DNA of 64,000 nt from Schizochytrium sp. TIO01 (GCA_004764695.1 SMSO01000031.1:162436-226435), one strand, 5' to 3'; positions 33,700-46,482 are shown, counted from the first letter of the stretch. The notes: a model not told the origin generated them from the sequence alone. Numbers and translations are program-made.

Positions 33700-36615
33700 C
33701 GAGACGTAAGGAAGGATCCCTTGGAATCTCAAAAAGGTTGGTACAGTTCTCTGGCATAGTGTCCAGGCAACCATCAACAGCCGGCGAGGATTTTTCAACA
33801 ATCACAACTGCGTCTTTATCGAGTCTGGGATGTTTGAAGACAAAGATGAAAGTGCTTACAAGCTCCTCTCTTGTCGAAGAAGCTTTTGCATAAATTCAAT
33901 CCATGACAAATTGAAGGATGCCAGGCAAAGTCATAAAAGGCAACCTCCGATGCTTTGTCAGATCAGAGTTCCCACTGCAAGGAAGGCATCACACTCTCTG
34001 CAGATACATACTGCAATAAGACTCTCATCATGCAAAGACCATTGGCCATACACCTTGCAGACACAGCCATTTTATTGGCTTACCAGACAAGATTAATCCA
34101 TCTTCAGCTGATGGTGACTTCTCTTATTCTTCCCGTTATGTATTGTCTTTGCGAGGTTCACAAGAATAAAGATTCTCCCTCCTCAACGCAGAACATCGCA
34201 AAGGTCAAATGATTATGGGCTAAATGAAGCTCTTTGTATGAGGAAGCAATAGTGGAGAGAATGATAGCTTGTTCTCCTTGCATGTAAGAAATTAACCTTT
34301 CGAGAGAGAATTCTTCAAGACGTTTGCAAAGCTGCACCCAAATCCTCCTTGATATTCGCGAGGCAAAAAGAATCGCATATCGCCGCCTTGCAACAGTTTC
34401 CTTCAACTCTAACAATGAAGCATTAGCAAGTAAAGGTCTATCAGAAAGGTTGAGACTCACTTCGAAGAAGATCTTGAATTCGAGCTAAATTTTGCATGGC
34501 CCAGCAGGAGCTCCAGCTGATATCAGACATACAGATCCTTAAGTACGGCTACCTACTGTAGATTGCGTGCTTCAGGGTAGCCAGGTAGTAATCTTTGCGA
34601 ACCTTCTCTAAGCGGGAGAAGATGCGCACCTAGTACACTATCAACAGCTTTGGATCCACGTTTTACGTAAACGCCATATAAGAACTTTGCTAGAAACTTC
34701 TCAATCATATATTTCTCGCGATTTATTAGAAAGAAGCAGTGCTGAGTTGAGGGTCCTCGAAAAACTGCCTTCACGCAAAACCTGTTAAGCCATCTGTATT
34801 TGCATTGATATGGCCCCGATCAACCAGAAGCTAAGGTTGTCCCAAGAACAGTCATTTTGCGAGCGTCTTTGATATCGGCTAATCTACCATCTCTATAGTC
34901 AACTGGGCCATTCGAGAGTCTAGTAGACAGAATAATTTCTCTTGAAAAATCTCTACTGCATACCAAGTATAAATAGCTTTAACATGCAGGCATTCCTTGT
35001 TACGCCAATTACGGTGGTACGGCCTCCGCGAAGGACGCCTCAACCATGCTTTCTTTTTATTTTTCTCAAATAATTTTCGAGCAATCTAATCATCATATTA
35101 GAAGCCTTCGGTGCGGAAACTTGAACAAATTCAATTTGTATTCGCTGAAGAACTTGCTTCGGCAACCTACGCTACCTTGGCGAAGGGCTTCTCCCTCAAC
35201 CTCCAGATCTACAAACTGATCGATAGACACATACCATGGCCCTCCTCTTTCATCGTGATAATCGTGATCTGACACAGGTTTCACTCTACTACCTGAAAGG
35301 CCATTACTAGTTCTTTCAATATCAACTGCTCTCGATGCTCATGAGCCGCTAATTCATTGCGCTATATTTCCCTTACAAGAACTTCGACTGTCAGCCTGAG
35401 GGAAATGAATTATTCCTGGCCCCTCACTCCACTGACTAAAAAATGATAGGAATCCAATAGTGTATACATAGCTCCCACAATCAAATTATCAATGTCTGAA
35501 CTTTACATTCCAACCACCCGTCTCTGTCTCTTTGCGTACTCCCCGATTAGGCTTAGCTCAACGAAGGAAGCACTTCAAAAACCAGTCCTCCATTTTTTAT
35601 TTTTTTTAATAACAGGGAGCCAATCAATGTACACAATGATTTCATCACATCTCAATATGCAGAATAGAATCTCTTTGGCTTCTCTTCCAAGGTGGTCCAA
35701 AACCAAACCAGAGGATCTTGGATCTTGGATCTTATGCAACACGTTTTCTTTGTCTAAGCTCAGTATTTCACCCGAAGGAAGAGGACGTTCAGCCTCCGAC
35801 GCCAAGGCGCCTACTGAGTGTTCATGTATGTGCTCATGCAACTTCACCTCGTCTTCGCGTACCCCTCTCCGAGCACGTTCGCTTTCCGAAAGAAGTGTCA
35901 CCTGAGTCAAACAGAGCCTTTCGTCCGAGAGAGCAGTCGAACCCTCAATTGTTCAGTCCCAACTTCTGTTGGTGTGCACTCCGCAAAGGAGTTTGCCGTG
36001 CACCGTAGAACCGCACATGAGTACGAATGAGGACAGATCTTGAGCAGATCTGATCAAAGATCCACGACGGCGCCGGCGTCCTGCATCGCACGCAGCGAGC
36101 GTCTGCACAGTCAACGTTGCCTTTGGCGTCTTGCGCACGCCTTGCAGAACTGCGCACGTTCATAAACACATCCACACAATAAATACATGCACACATACGC
36201 ACATACGCAGCACGGGCCCAGACTTGCTCAAGCCTCACGCCATTTCTATTCGCCCGGTCCTCTCAGTATGATCATGGAGTCCCGAACCTTCTTCAGAAAC
36301 ATGTCCTCCCCCTCAGACAATGCCTGGCGGAGTTCTGGCGAATTGTCCTTCGCCGCGGATGGATCGAGCTCGGTCACGGCAGTTCCTGGAGCAGCTTCAA
36401 AGGAGACTCAGACTCACTCACTCACTCGCTCAAACCTGAAGAAGCCCGCACTTGTTTGCCGACTTAAGTGGGCGACCGCGCTTCCCCTGACCACCAGAGT
36501 CATGCCTTTCTGGGACACACATCGACGGATGGATGTATGGATGGATGGACGGATGGTTGGCTGGATGCGATCGATCTTTGTTTGGTCTGTGGTCGACAAT
36601 TAATACCTCCTCCTC

Positions 36616-36654
<39 letters not shown>

Positions 36655-36975
36655 ATGCGGCACGTGTTTGATTACATACAACCCGCGGGTGTGCAGCCTG
36701 AGATTTGTAGGGGTTACCTAGTCAGCTGCTGGAGTCATATTTCACGCGCTGGAGATGGCAGCGCGTACCGGTGTGCAAGTTCCGACGCTGCACGAGGTCC
36801 AAGTCGACGCCTGCACCGAAGTACTGCATGCGGCGGAGAGCCAAAGCGGTGCTGTTCTCTCTTCCTTGAGCAGCACTCCATCGAAGTTCGGGCGGGTACT
36901 CAGGAAGTTTGCTCTCTCGCTGGAACCAGAAACCGACAACGACGCCAGAACAGAAGTACTTCAGAGGGACGCCAT
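33700..36975 (-). pseudogene. Probable decayed gene(s), unidentified; WWE-like fragment at the 5' end
   Basis: Chain of protein-like minus-strand fragments (34158-34460, 34553-34774, 35093-35284, 35575-35910, about 36250-36410, 36722-36973) separated by stops and frame changes. Confidence 0.3.
36606..36652. repeat. (CCT)n(GCT)n microsatellite
   Basis: Seen directly. Confidence 0.95.
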
Positions 36976-36978
36976 TAG

Positions 36979-36980
<2 letters not shown>

Positions 36981-37030
<50 letters not shown>
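36981..37030. repeat. (TTAG)n microsatellite
   Basis: About 12 perfect units seen directly. Confidence 0.95.
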
Positions 37031-37247
37031 CTAGTAGCGGAAAGGTGAAAAGTGCTGCTCAGAGGAGCTGCAGGCGTAACCTTTCGTGGAAAGAGCCACA
37101 TCACGGACCTACAACCATGCGACCTGGCTGGCACCTGTTTTGATTGAAGATTCAAAGAAATTACGAGCCATCCACAGGTCCTGAAACCCAAGCCCACTAA
37201 GCTTCTCTGGTCATGACTTCGTGCTGTTTAATTGATACTATTGAGTC

Positions 37248-37273
37248 GTAGGTAGGTAGGTAGGTAGGTAGGT
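37248..37273. repeat. (GTAG)n microsatellite
   Basis: Seen directly. Confidence 0.9.
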
Positions 37274-37949
37274 AAGTAGTGTGCAATTCTCTTTATACGC
37301 ACTTATAACAGGAAGAAAATCTTAGGAATTCATGGTTGCTACCTTAAAGCTTGCAAACAAGTTTCCACGGGGATGCCTACTTACTGACTGGGCTTTGATG
37401 AGAGTGATTGTTTGACTTGGGTTTTTAACCTGAGTTAAGGGATATAACTCAGCATCCCTGGTTGGTGAGGGTGAGATCTTGTTTGGACAGAGAGGAGCCT
37501 GCTGAGTTGGGTTGGGTTTGTTTACACCAACTAACTGTACAGTCCTAGTTACATTTTTCTCACTCTAGAGGCAAAGGCACTGAGTTAAGATCTTCTAACT
37601 TGGGTAAACAACTCAAGTTTAAACAACCACTCGATACTGAATTGACATGTCAGCTTTTAAAAGCTTCTATCGGTGTCTACATCTCTCGCGCTAGTGCTGC
37701 ACTGCGCACCATGTTTACTCCACAATTAGAATTGATGAACATTCTTTGGCCCTACCCGCTCTCACTAAGCTCAGAGGATAGAGATAAGTTGAAATCTTTT
37801 AGCATGCCAAGACAATCACTCCATCTGTATCTTGTAGGCATTAGGGACTAACTTCGCCAGAGCCAACGTGTCATTTGTTCAGCTAGGGCCTTTGCTCTGC
37901 TTGCGAAAAGATTTTAGCTCTTTCCCTTACTCGGTAGCGAGCGTGCCAC

Positions 37950-39842
37950 ATGTGCAACCTCTGATCGCGGGTACTCGAGAATCTGTCTGAGGTATTGATT
38001 AGGTGAAGGGCGAATCCCTTCCAACTAGGTACTCCACATATGAGAGACAGCTTAAAGATGCGCCCTGAACTCATAGTTTCCGAAAAGTTTCAAGATGTAA
38101 GGCAGAACGTTTATGTGTAACTATATGCTTTTACTTATGTTTACCAAAGGTCAAAGGGTTACAAGGGAGGGCCGCATTCCTGAAAGCGGGTGCAGTGCCT
38201 TGGCTTGAGCTGCTACCCTAGTAACAGCGCACAGTCTTCGACTTCTGATTTGATTGCACAATTTCTTTATTTTTACCTTATTAATATACATATAGGCTAT
38301 GTATCTATTAACATTTTCATTTTTTAAAGTAGGAAAAAAAATATTTTAATATAAATCATCGTTTCGATGTCGTCTCAGTTGACACTGAAAAAGGCACCTA
38401 ACACTCCTCATTACACTTTTGGTCTTAGTCAGTCACCACTTTTATGTTGTGCTAACAAAACCTGCCTTCCTTTTCTTTTTTTATCAAAAAGAGAATAAGC
38501 TCGTACTAGAATGACTTGGCATTAGTATAGGAGGCAGCTAATTAAATCATTAAGGAACAGAGTTCTGTTCTAAACCAAACATGTAATTTCTGCAACGATT
38601 TCAATCCGATGTTTTGGCCTCTCAGTCCCAGATAGGCTTCCCCTGACAAGTTCACTCGAACATGCGGTGCTTTATCAAGCTTTCTGACCAATTCGTCGCC
38701 TACTTGCATCCCAAAAGTACTCATACAGATGGCCAAATTGCTTTCCTGAAGTAGTTTCTTCTTTGTGATATAACCAGATCTCTAAGCAAATATCTGAAAA
38801 TCATGATTTTTGAAATGTATTTTTTCAGAATCTTTTTAATCCACTTGTCTTACATCACGTTTTCCTGAATGTTTAAGCGCAGAAAGTTATCTTGGCCAAA
38901 GTTCGGTGTTTGTTGGAAATAGTATGGTCTTAGCGTCTATGTTCTAATAGATACACAATTTTAACTATTTTGAGAAAAGGCTATCTGTTATACTTTTTTA
39001 AATGAAAAATAACAATAAAAATTGGTGGACATAAACCTCATGAAGCACATATCAGAAAACTCGCCAGCACAACATTTACGCGACAAAGTGTAGAAAGTCG
39101 AACCGAATTTTCATCTGGTCTCTCCTATATTATCTTCCCCCCTCCCCGCAAGGCTTTAAAAAGAGCCCATGTCAGCATGAAAAGTGCACCCTAATTTCTT
39201 AATGAAAATTGCATAACATAATCTTTTATTATAATCAGTAAAACTATATGTGCAGCCCTTGATCTGATCTTAAACAGGGTACTCGAGAATCTGCCTACTT
39301 CCTAGATAGACCTAAAATGGAGACGTCCCTTGCTAATTAGTACTGCACGTGCTAGAGACATCTTAAACATGCGTTTTAACGTAGAAGATGCCCATGCGGT
39401 TCTTCTCTCAAATTTCATAGTGGAAGGCAGAACCTTGAACTGCAGCTACATGTCGTGACTTGAGTTTACCGCAAGCCAAAGGGTTGTAGAGAGAACCCTC
39501 TGATTGGTGGGAGCTCGCATGGTTATTACAGTTTTGGTTCTACTTAGACCCTGCACATCGCCATCATATAATCTTTCAATAAGAATTGCAAAACAAAATC
39601 TTCAATTAGCACTGTTAGAACCGAAGGCATACATTCTTACACATAGATATGCAGCCTTTGATATGACCTTGGATGGGGTACTCGAGAATCTATCTACTTC
39701 CTAAATAGACTTTTACAAGGAGCCGCCCCTTGCAAAGTTGCACCCCGCATACAATCGGCATCTTAAATATGCGTCCTGGCATAGTAGGTGGTGGCTACCT
39801 AAGAATGCAATTCTTCTCAAATTTCATGATCAAGGTCAGAGA
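37950..39842 (+). repeat. Three degenerate copies of an approximately 200-bp non-coding module (about 37950-38170, 39250-39495, 39648-39842)
   Basis: Shared ordered blocks: TGCAxCC..TGAT, GGGTACTCGAGAATCT (identical in all three), CTTAAAxATGCG and TTTCA..AAGG(T)CAGA. Confidence 0.75.
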
Positions 39843-39999
39843 ATAGAATATACACAAGATGAAAAGACACCCTATAACAATATCACTTGAAAGCTAGAGA
39901 ATTGCAACACGTCCACAAATTAAGAAATCCAGACCAAGCAGAACCTTAACGCGAGATCATCGAGGTCGAACAAGGAAGACGACACCCCCGTTGGCCAAA

Positions 40000-42811
40000 A
40001 TGAATAGACTTAGGTCTAGCTACCTTGCAGCGCTCGCTGCAGTGTTAATCGCTGCTGCCACAAGCGCAAGTGCGAGCTCATGCTATCCCCGAGACGTTGT
40101 TATGCTGTTCGATCAATCTGGTTCAACTAAGAGCGAGTTCAATGCCATCAAGAAGCTTTCCAAGGCGGTTGTGGATGACTTCGACGTTGGAACTACTGGT
40201 GAATATTTTGACTACTTCTCTCTGGTCGGATATACTGACACTATCAGAAAAGAAATTGGGTTCGGCAAAGTCGAGGAATCTCAAAAGTTGAAAGCCCAAA
40301 TTGACAATCTTCAGAGATTTAAGACGGAGAGTTCGAGTATTCCTTACGCATTGAACCACGCTATTCAACGTTTGAAGCAATTTAAGCGTAACGAAACCCA
40401 ACAGGTCGTTCTCATCGTTTCAGATGGCGTTCTCGACATTCCGACTAACCCAGCAACGTCTGTCTATGGTGTTTGCAACAACATTGACGATGCAAAGGAT
40501 CTGGCCTACACTTCTTTGCAAACTTGCGTAGAAAACCTTGTGGTGGAGGCTACCGAAAGTGATGATATAATTTTCATTCAGATCCCGACAGATGATTCCG
40601 TTGGCACAGACAACATTTTTACTTCATCCAATATCTTGTCATCGTATGTGAAGCAAGCTACATCAAGCTACGGTGCTGTTTCGGAGTCCTGTACCGAGAT
40701 GCCTACTCACAGCCCTACTGCTCCTACAGGTTCTCCAACCTTGCTGTTAGACACGAGCTGTTACGTTTCTAAGAAGAGGTATAATGGTAAAGCGGATTCT
40801 ACAGAGACGGCCAGTTCTGCGGAAGAGTGCGGCACTCTATGCTATACAACTGATTCATGCGAGTGCTTCTCTTTTCGAACGGACAGGAAGAAGGATAATT
40901 GTTTCTTATTTAAAAGTGTGCCAGTTGCTTCGCAGAACAAGAAGTACATCTCGGGTCCGAAATACTGCTCCACTGTTCAGGACATTACCGATGCCCCGAC
41001 TCCAATGCCAACAGATGCCCCAACAGATGCCCCAACACCGAGTCCTACCCCTCCGCCGTCGATGGTAAAGTCTATTGTCTATAAGAAGGACCACTCTTTC
41101 GTCCGCGTACTCAATGAGTTTTGACTTTACACTTGATGCCATTAATTCGGAATCTCCGCAGAGTGTCATTCAACGTGGAAGTGCAACGAATAAGAAAGGT
41201 TACGTTCGTCAGCCAGCAGTTTTCGTCGATGAGGGTTCAAGCCAACTTCGTTTCCGTATCTCTACTTCAGTTGATTCAAACCAGGGTTGTGAGACAGAAG
41301 CCGAGCTGGAATTGGGAGTGACCTACGGCATTGAAGTCCGCGTTGTAGAAGGAGAAAGTGCCGGTCTCTACATTGACGGCGAGCTGGCCTGCTCCATTGA
41401 TTTTGTTGAGGGCGAAACTCTGAGCTACCTGGAGAAGAAATTGCCGATCTACATTGGCAGCCCAGAGGACTTCGTCACTGCATCTGGTACAGTAGCTAAT
41501 CTGATCTACAAGGATATCACGAGCGCGCCGACTCCCGAACCTACTGGATACCCGACTCCCGAACCTACTGGATACCCGACTCCCGAACCTACTCCGACTC
41601 CTGAACCTACTGGATACCCGACTCCTGAACCTACTGGATACCCGACTCCTGAACCTACTGGATACCCGACCCCAAGCCCCACTCTTCCGCCGTCCATGGA
41701 GCTGACAGTGTTTGAAGAAGATGTCTATTTTGGCTCCTCGTACACAATCACCTTTGATCTCACGCTCGATGCCTACGACTCGGAGATCCGGAGTGTCATC
41801 CAGCGTGGAAGTGCAACGACCAAGAATGGTTACGTTCGTCAGCCAGCAGTTTTCGTGAAGAGTGAGAACAAACTTGCGCTTCGTCTCTCTACTTCAACCA
41901 CCTCTAACAAGGCTTGCGATGTAGACGCTGGGCTGGAATTGGACACGACTTATCAAATTACCATCACCGTAACCGAAGGAGAGAGCGCCATTCTCTCCAT
42001 CAACGAGGATGCAGGCTGCACCATTTCTTTCGATGAAGGTGAAACCCTTCTGTACGTGGGTGAGCGCCTGCCGCTCTACATTGGCAGCCCAGAGGACTTC
42101 TCAACTGTATCTGGTTCAGTAGAAAATCTGATCTACAAGGATATCACGAGCGCGCCGACTCCTGAACCTACTGGATACCCGACTCCTGAACCTACTGGAT
42201 ACCCGACTCCTGAACCTACTGGATACCCGACCCCAAGCCCCACTCTTCCGCCGTCCATGGAGCTGACAGTGTTTGAAGAAGATGTCTATTTTGGCTCCTC
42301 GTACACAATCACCTTTGATCTCACGCTCGACGCCTACAACTCGGAGATCCGGAGTGTCATTCAGCGTGGAGAAGGCGTGCTTGCCGGACCAACCTATATT
42401 CGTCAGCCAGCAGTTTTCGTGAAGAGTGAGAACAAACTTGCGCTTCGTCTCTCTACTTCAACCACCTCTAACAAGGCTTGCGATGTAGACGCTGGGCTGG
42501 AATTGGACACGACTTATCAAATTACCATCACCGTAACCGAAGGAGAGAGCGCCATTCTCTCCATCAACGAGGATGCAGGCTGCACCATTTCTTTCGATGA
42601 AGGTGAAACCCTTCTGTACGTGGGTGAGCGCCTGCCGCTCTACATTGGCAGCCCAGAGGACTTCTCAACTGTATCTGGTTCAGTAGAAAATCTGATCTAC
42701 AAGGATATCACGAGCGCGCCGACTCCTGAACCTACTGGATACCCGACTCCTCAACCTACCCTTGGGTTTGGCGGCAATGGCGGCGGCAATGGCGGCGGTA
42801 ACAGAGGCTAA
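40000..42811 (+). CDS. Secreted adhesin-like protein: signal peptide, vWA, PAN/Apple, PT linkers and three beta-sandwich (LamG/ConA-like) modules; frameshift at about 41090-41101
   Basis: Signal peptide MNRLRSSYLAALAAVLIAAATSASA, MIDAS-like DVVMLFDQSGS..IVSDG, and PAN cysteine pattern EECGTLC..CECFSF..CFLF..SGPKYC. ORFs 39991-41124 and 41075-42811 overlap, and module alignment shows they form one gene. Confidence 0.8.
41528..42760 (+). repeat. 24-bp PTPEPTGY minisatellite linkers plus near-identical 561/564-bp module duplication
   Basis: (CCGACTCCYGAACCTACTGGATAC)n at 41528-41670, 42155-42230 and 42719-42760. The segment from 41682 repeats from 42243. Confidence 0.92.
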
Positions 42812-45450
42812 AGACAGCTATTTATCCTGTCTACGTTAAGAACGACCCAACAGCTTTAACTATCACAAATGTGGGACGAGGTCACTAGTTTGGGGTAATC
42901 TTCAGAACACATCGATGTACTGATAACCATGTCCAAGTTATAAACTAACTCACTGCAGGCTCACTTATGCGATAATGTCTGTTTGCTGTTGTTAGGTGTT
43001 GCTGACCCCGCCCCCCCACTTTTCTTCTTCTTCTTCTTCTTTTTTTAAAGCGATAATCGAACTCATGTTGTTTAATCCGTTTCCGAGAGCGTTTTTGTTT
43101 TTATCTCATCCAATTTCAAAGTTCTAAAGGGGGCTTTCGAAAATATCGCTCTTTTTTTGGATACTTCATCACTAGAGTTAGAGCCCGTGCAGTTGTGTTA
43201 TCATTGTTCGTGACAAATATCAACATGTCACAGAGTTAAGCCCCAATTCTTTGCAGATCTGTTTGAGAGATTTGTGAAGGAGGCCGGAGCAAGCGTTGTT
43301 TTTGTTGTTATCCACGCTACGAGAACGATGACTCAGGCAATACTTTTGTTTCATCTTAGTTTCCGTCATCATATGTAGAAGCAGCCACTTCAAGCGCTAA
43401 CACTGTTTCAGAGTCTTGTGCATATATTCCTCGAGAGCCCTTCACCTGCTCCAACATTGCTACGGATATACGCGATTACATTTCTGGGTCTTAAGAAGTG
43501 CACACAAGCGAGCCAAGTATCGAGTAGAGAAACCCATTTGAAAACTATCAAGTCAGGTACAGCGTGCTGAGTTCTACAACAGATGGGTACGAAGTCTTCA
43601 CTTGGGATCTGATATAGAATTGTTTCTTGTGAAAAAGTGCAGGTTCTTCGAAGCGTACTCACAATGGCAACTCCACCTTGGGTTCAAATAATACTGTTCC
43701 TGTGTTGTCGAGGGACCAACCGAGCCTCGGAACTTACCATAAGTTCTACTTCTTCAACATTGCTGCAAAATGCAGTTTACATAGCGCAGTCGTTCTTAAC
43801 TCTACGTATTCGATGGTATCGCACTCGAGAACGTACCATGCAGAAGCTGGCCCGACGAAAACTGCCTGGAATACTCTTGAAAACGATATGATTCAAATGA
43901 TGAGGCCAGTCGCACTTTACCGGTAAACTACAATCTGTTTTTCAAGTATACTTTTCTGAAAGATCCCAGTAGTTCGAGAGTGTTTCCTGTTCAGGGGGGC
44001 TCAGATACTGTCAAACCACGTGTGAAATTTAAAATTGATTACAAATTTCGTGGCGTGGTCTTAGCCAGCGTTTATGTTGGTTTAGTTTGCAATTCAGACA
44101 AAGAGCATTACCTACATTGTTAACATCCAGATCAACAAAGACCAACTTTCGTTAGTTTTGAACTTTGACAATATTTGTGCTAGTGGTGGTAGGACTCGCT
44201 CTTATGCGCATATGGGATGTGTCTTGTTGAAGGCTTTCAGAAAGTTGATCGTGAGAGTTAGCGAGCTGCTATTCTGGAATTGAACTCCAGGGCAGATGGA
44301 TTCATGTATTAATTATGGAGGCCAAGACATTCTTGAACGGTATTAGAGCTGTTTGATATGGTTAGGTTATTTCAATGTCTTCAACTATCGATTCAAGTTG
44401 CACCACACTTGAATCTAGGTAATTTGTAGTCACAATTTTGGTTCTTGACTCTGACAACCACATAAATCTTAGGAATGCCTTGTCCCTCTAGTTCCTTCGA
44501 TTGGAGATCTCAGCAACAAGCAACATGCGAATTGTCTGCAAGCTACTCTTGTAAAGATTTCGTTCGTTGTTCAAATAGGTGGAAGAACAAGTTACCTTTC
44601 AGGAAAACAAAGTCCTGTTTATTTTTCAACATTGTTCTCATGCCTGGGAAAAAGAAATAAAAACTGAATTAAATCACCTCAAGGAAAACGCACTTTGATC
44701 CTGTACCAATTACCACTAGTCTCTCTCGTCCTAGCTTGCCCCAACAATGATTATACTTCGGGTCTGGTTCTTGCAATATACACGCCCGGATGATTGAATA
44801 CTTCCCTATCTGGTCCTCTTCAGCCATCACTGCTGATTTGGTGTTTTGGCTTTGAGAATTTTTTGCTTCTGATTAATACGATATCTAGTGAGAGCACTGC
44901 TCTGTGTTCATGTAATTTTTTTCTGACCTCCACATACCCTCTCTCCAAGCTAGAGACTCTAAATTCGATCTCTGGATGATGAGTTATCTCAGACGTTCCT
45001 TACCTTTTATCCGAGAGAGCAAACTATGAATAACCAGGAGGCCCCTACTACCTACGTAGTACTATTAGTAGATGTGCACGCTCTGAAGCACCTGTAGGTT
45101 ACACCGATGTTTCGGGAAATGGTATGGATATCAGGTCAATCGGGGAATTCATTCAAGAACTGGGTAGGCAAGCTTGGCATTTATTAGGAGTGTTGAGCTA
45201 GATTGCTATTATCCAGATGATGATGATATATGTAGAACTTCCAAGATTGGGTGACAAAAAACAAGAACGAAGAAATATTTCTAGCGTGCTTGTCTCTTTT
45301 TACTACAAACTTTCTTGAGTCACAGAACAGAACAACACATTGATTTAAAACTAGATCTAATGTGTTTCGAATTTATCATAGCTATTGCACAGTATATTAC
45401 AATGGTAAATAAAAAAGAATAGACAAGTTCCAAAATCCATTTGCAAAAGC

Positions 45451-46482
45451 TTAACGCTTTACATCCCCAACTCGTTCCATGCTTAATGTTTGATACTTTT
45501 TATGCGCTCTTGAAGCAGTCTTGCTGGACTGAAAAGCACTTGAACGTGTTGCACTATGAACAGATGTGCCAGGTAGAACAACGTTTGGCCACCATGTTGC
45601 CCCCACGATATACAAAGTAGCACCTGTGTTGAAGACCACATCAATGGGTACTAATAACCACGGTATATAATGCGAACGAAGGTTCTCGTTTGTAGCACTG
45701 ATCTCTTGGGGCACCATAATTTGAATTGAAGCCAGAGACAAACCAGTGATGATAATTTGAGCGGAGGAAACGTAGAATATCCTTTTGGATAGCTTATGCA
45801 TACCTTCGAAACCGGTTTGATACCCTCGCTTGGCGCGTATCTTCAACTCCTGCTGTCTAATTGGATCATAGAATAAGTACAGAAAAGTTGTCGACACTAT
45901 TGTATCGAAACAGAAGAAAAATAGAGTGAGCCAACTTGGCAAGGCCCCCTGAACACAGCTTCCTGACAACACAACTTTGCCCTGGGCAACAAATAGCGTT
46001 AAAACAGCTTCAACGGGCGTAAGGAAGGTTATTGCTTTCGCAACAAGAAAGAAGCCCCTGTTCATAATAGCTGTACTGGCGGAGATAGAAACCACTCTCT
46101 CAATAAGGATTAGATAATAAAAGAAGAAACCCAAAAGAAAAAGACAACCCGGCATGGCACCAAAAATAGCGCATGCTTTCTCTTCACTACTGTCAAACTG
46201 ATGTCTTGAGAGGTACAAGATAACTACACTGGAGCTGGTTTTTATAAAGCACATGGCAAGGGATAAGTAATACACTCGACGTCGCGTCGCGTTAAACCTC
46301 TGAGTGAGCTTACTTTTACACAAAAGCGATAAAGCCAAACATAGAAGAATAACAGCTCCAAAGTGCATACTGATAAGATTTAAATAAAAGGCTAAGCTCT
46401 TGAACTCCTCAAGCTGGAGTGCCAATTCGTCATCATTTTGTGACAAACCTCTGTCCAGGTGAGTCACACTGCCATCAAACAT
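45451..46482 (-). CDS. Orphan seven-transmembrane (GPCR-like) protein
   Basis: Seven hydrophobic segments, a Cys at the top of TM3 (ACAIF) and in ECL2 (GSCVQ), LIERV at the DRY position, and a Ser/Thr-rich C-terminal tail. Confidence 0.7.
   Translation of the reverse strand: MFDGSVTHLDRGLSQNDDELALQLEEFKSLAFYLNLISMHFGAVILLCLALSLLCKSKLTQRFNATRRRVYYLSLAMCFIKTSSSVVILYLSRHQFDSSEEKACAIFGAMPGCLFLLGFFFYYLILIERVVSISASTAIMNRGFFLVAKAITFLTPVEAVLTLFVAQGKVVLSGSCVQGALPSWLTLFFFCFDTIVSTTFLYLFYDPIRQQELKIRAKRGYQTGFEGMHKLSKRIFYVSSAQIIITGLSLASIQIMVPQEISATNENLRSHYIPWLLVPIDVVFNTGATLYIVGATWWPNVVLPGTSVHSATRSSAFQSSKTASRAHKKYQTLSMERVGDVKR

Noticed and set aside
36981-37030. (TTAG)n as an interstitial telomere
   Set aside because: It is not TTAGGG-type, and similar tetranucleotide microsatellites are common throughout this window.
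37430-37620. Small inverted repeat CTGAGTTA..TAACTCAG and recurring CTGAGTT motifs
   Set aside because: Arms are only 8 bp, with no target-site duplication or element structure evident.
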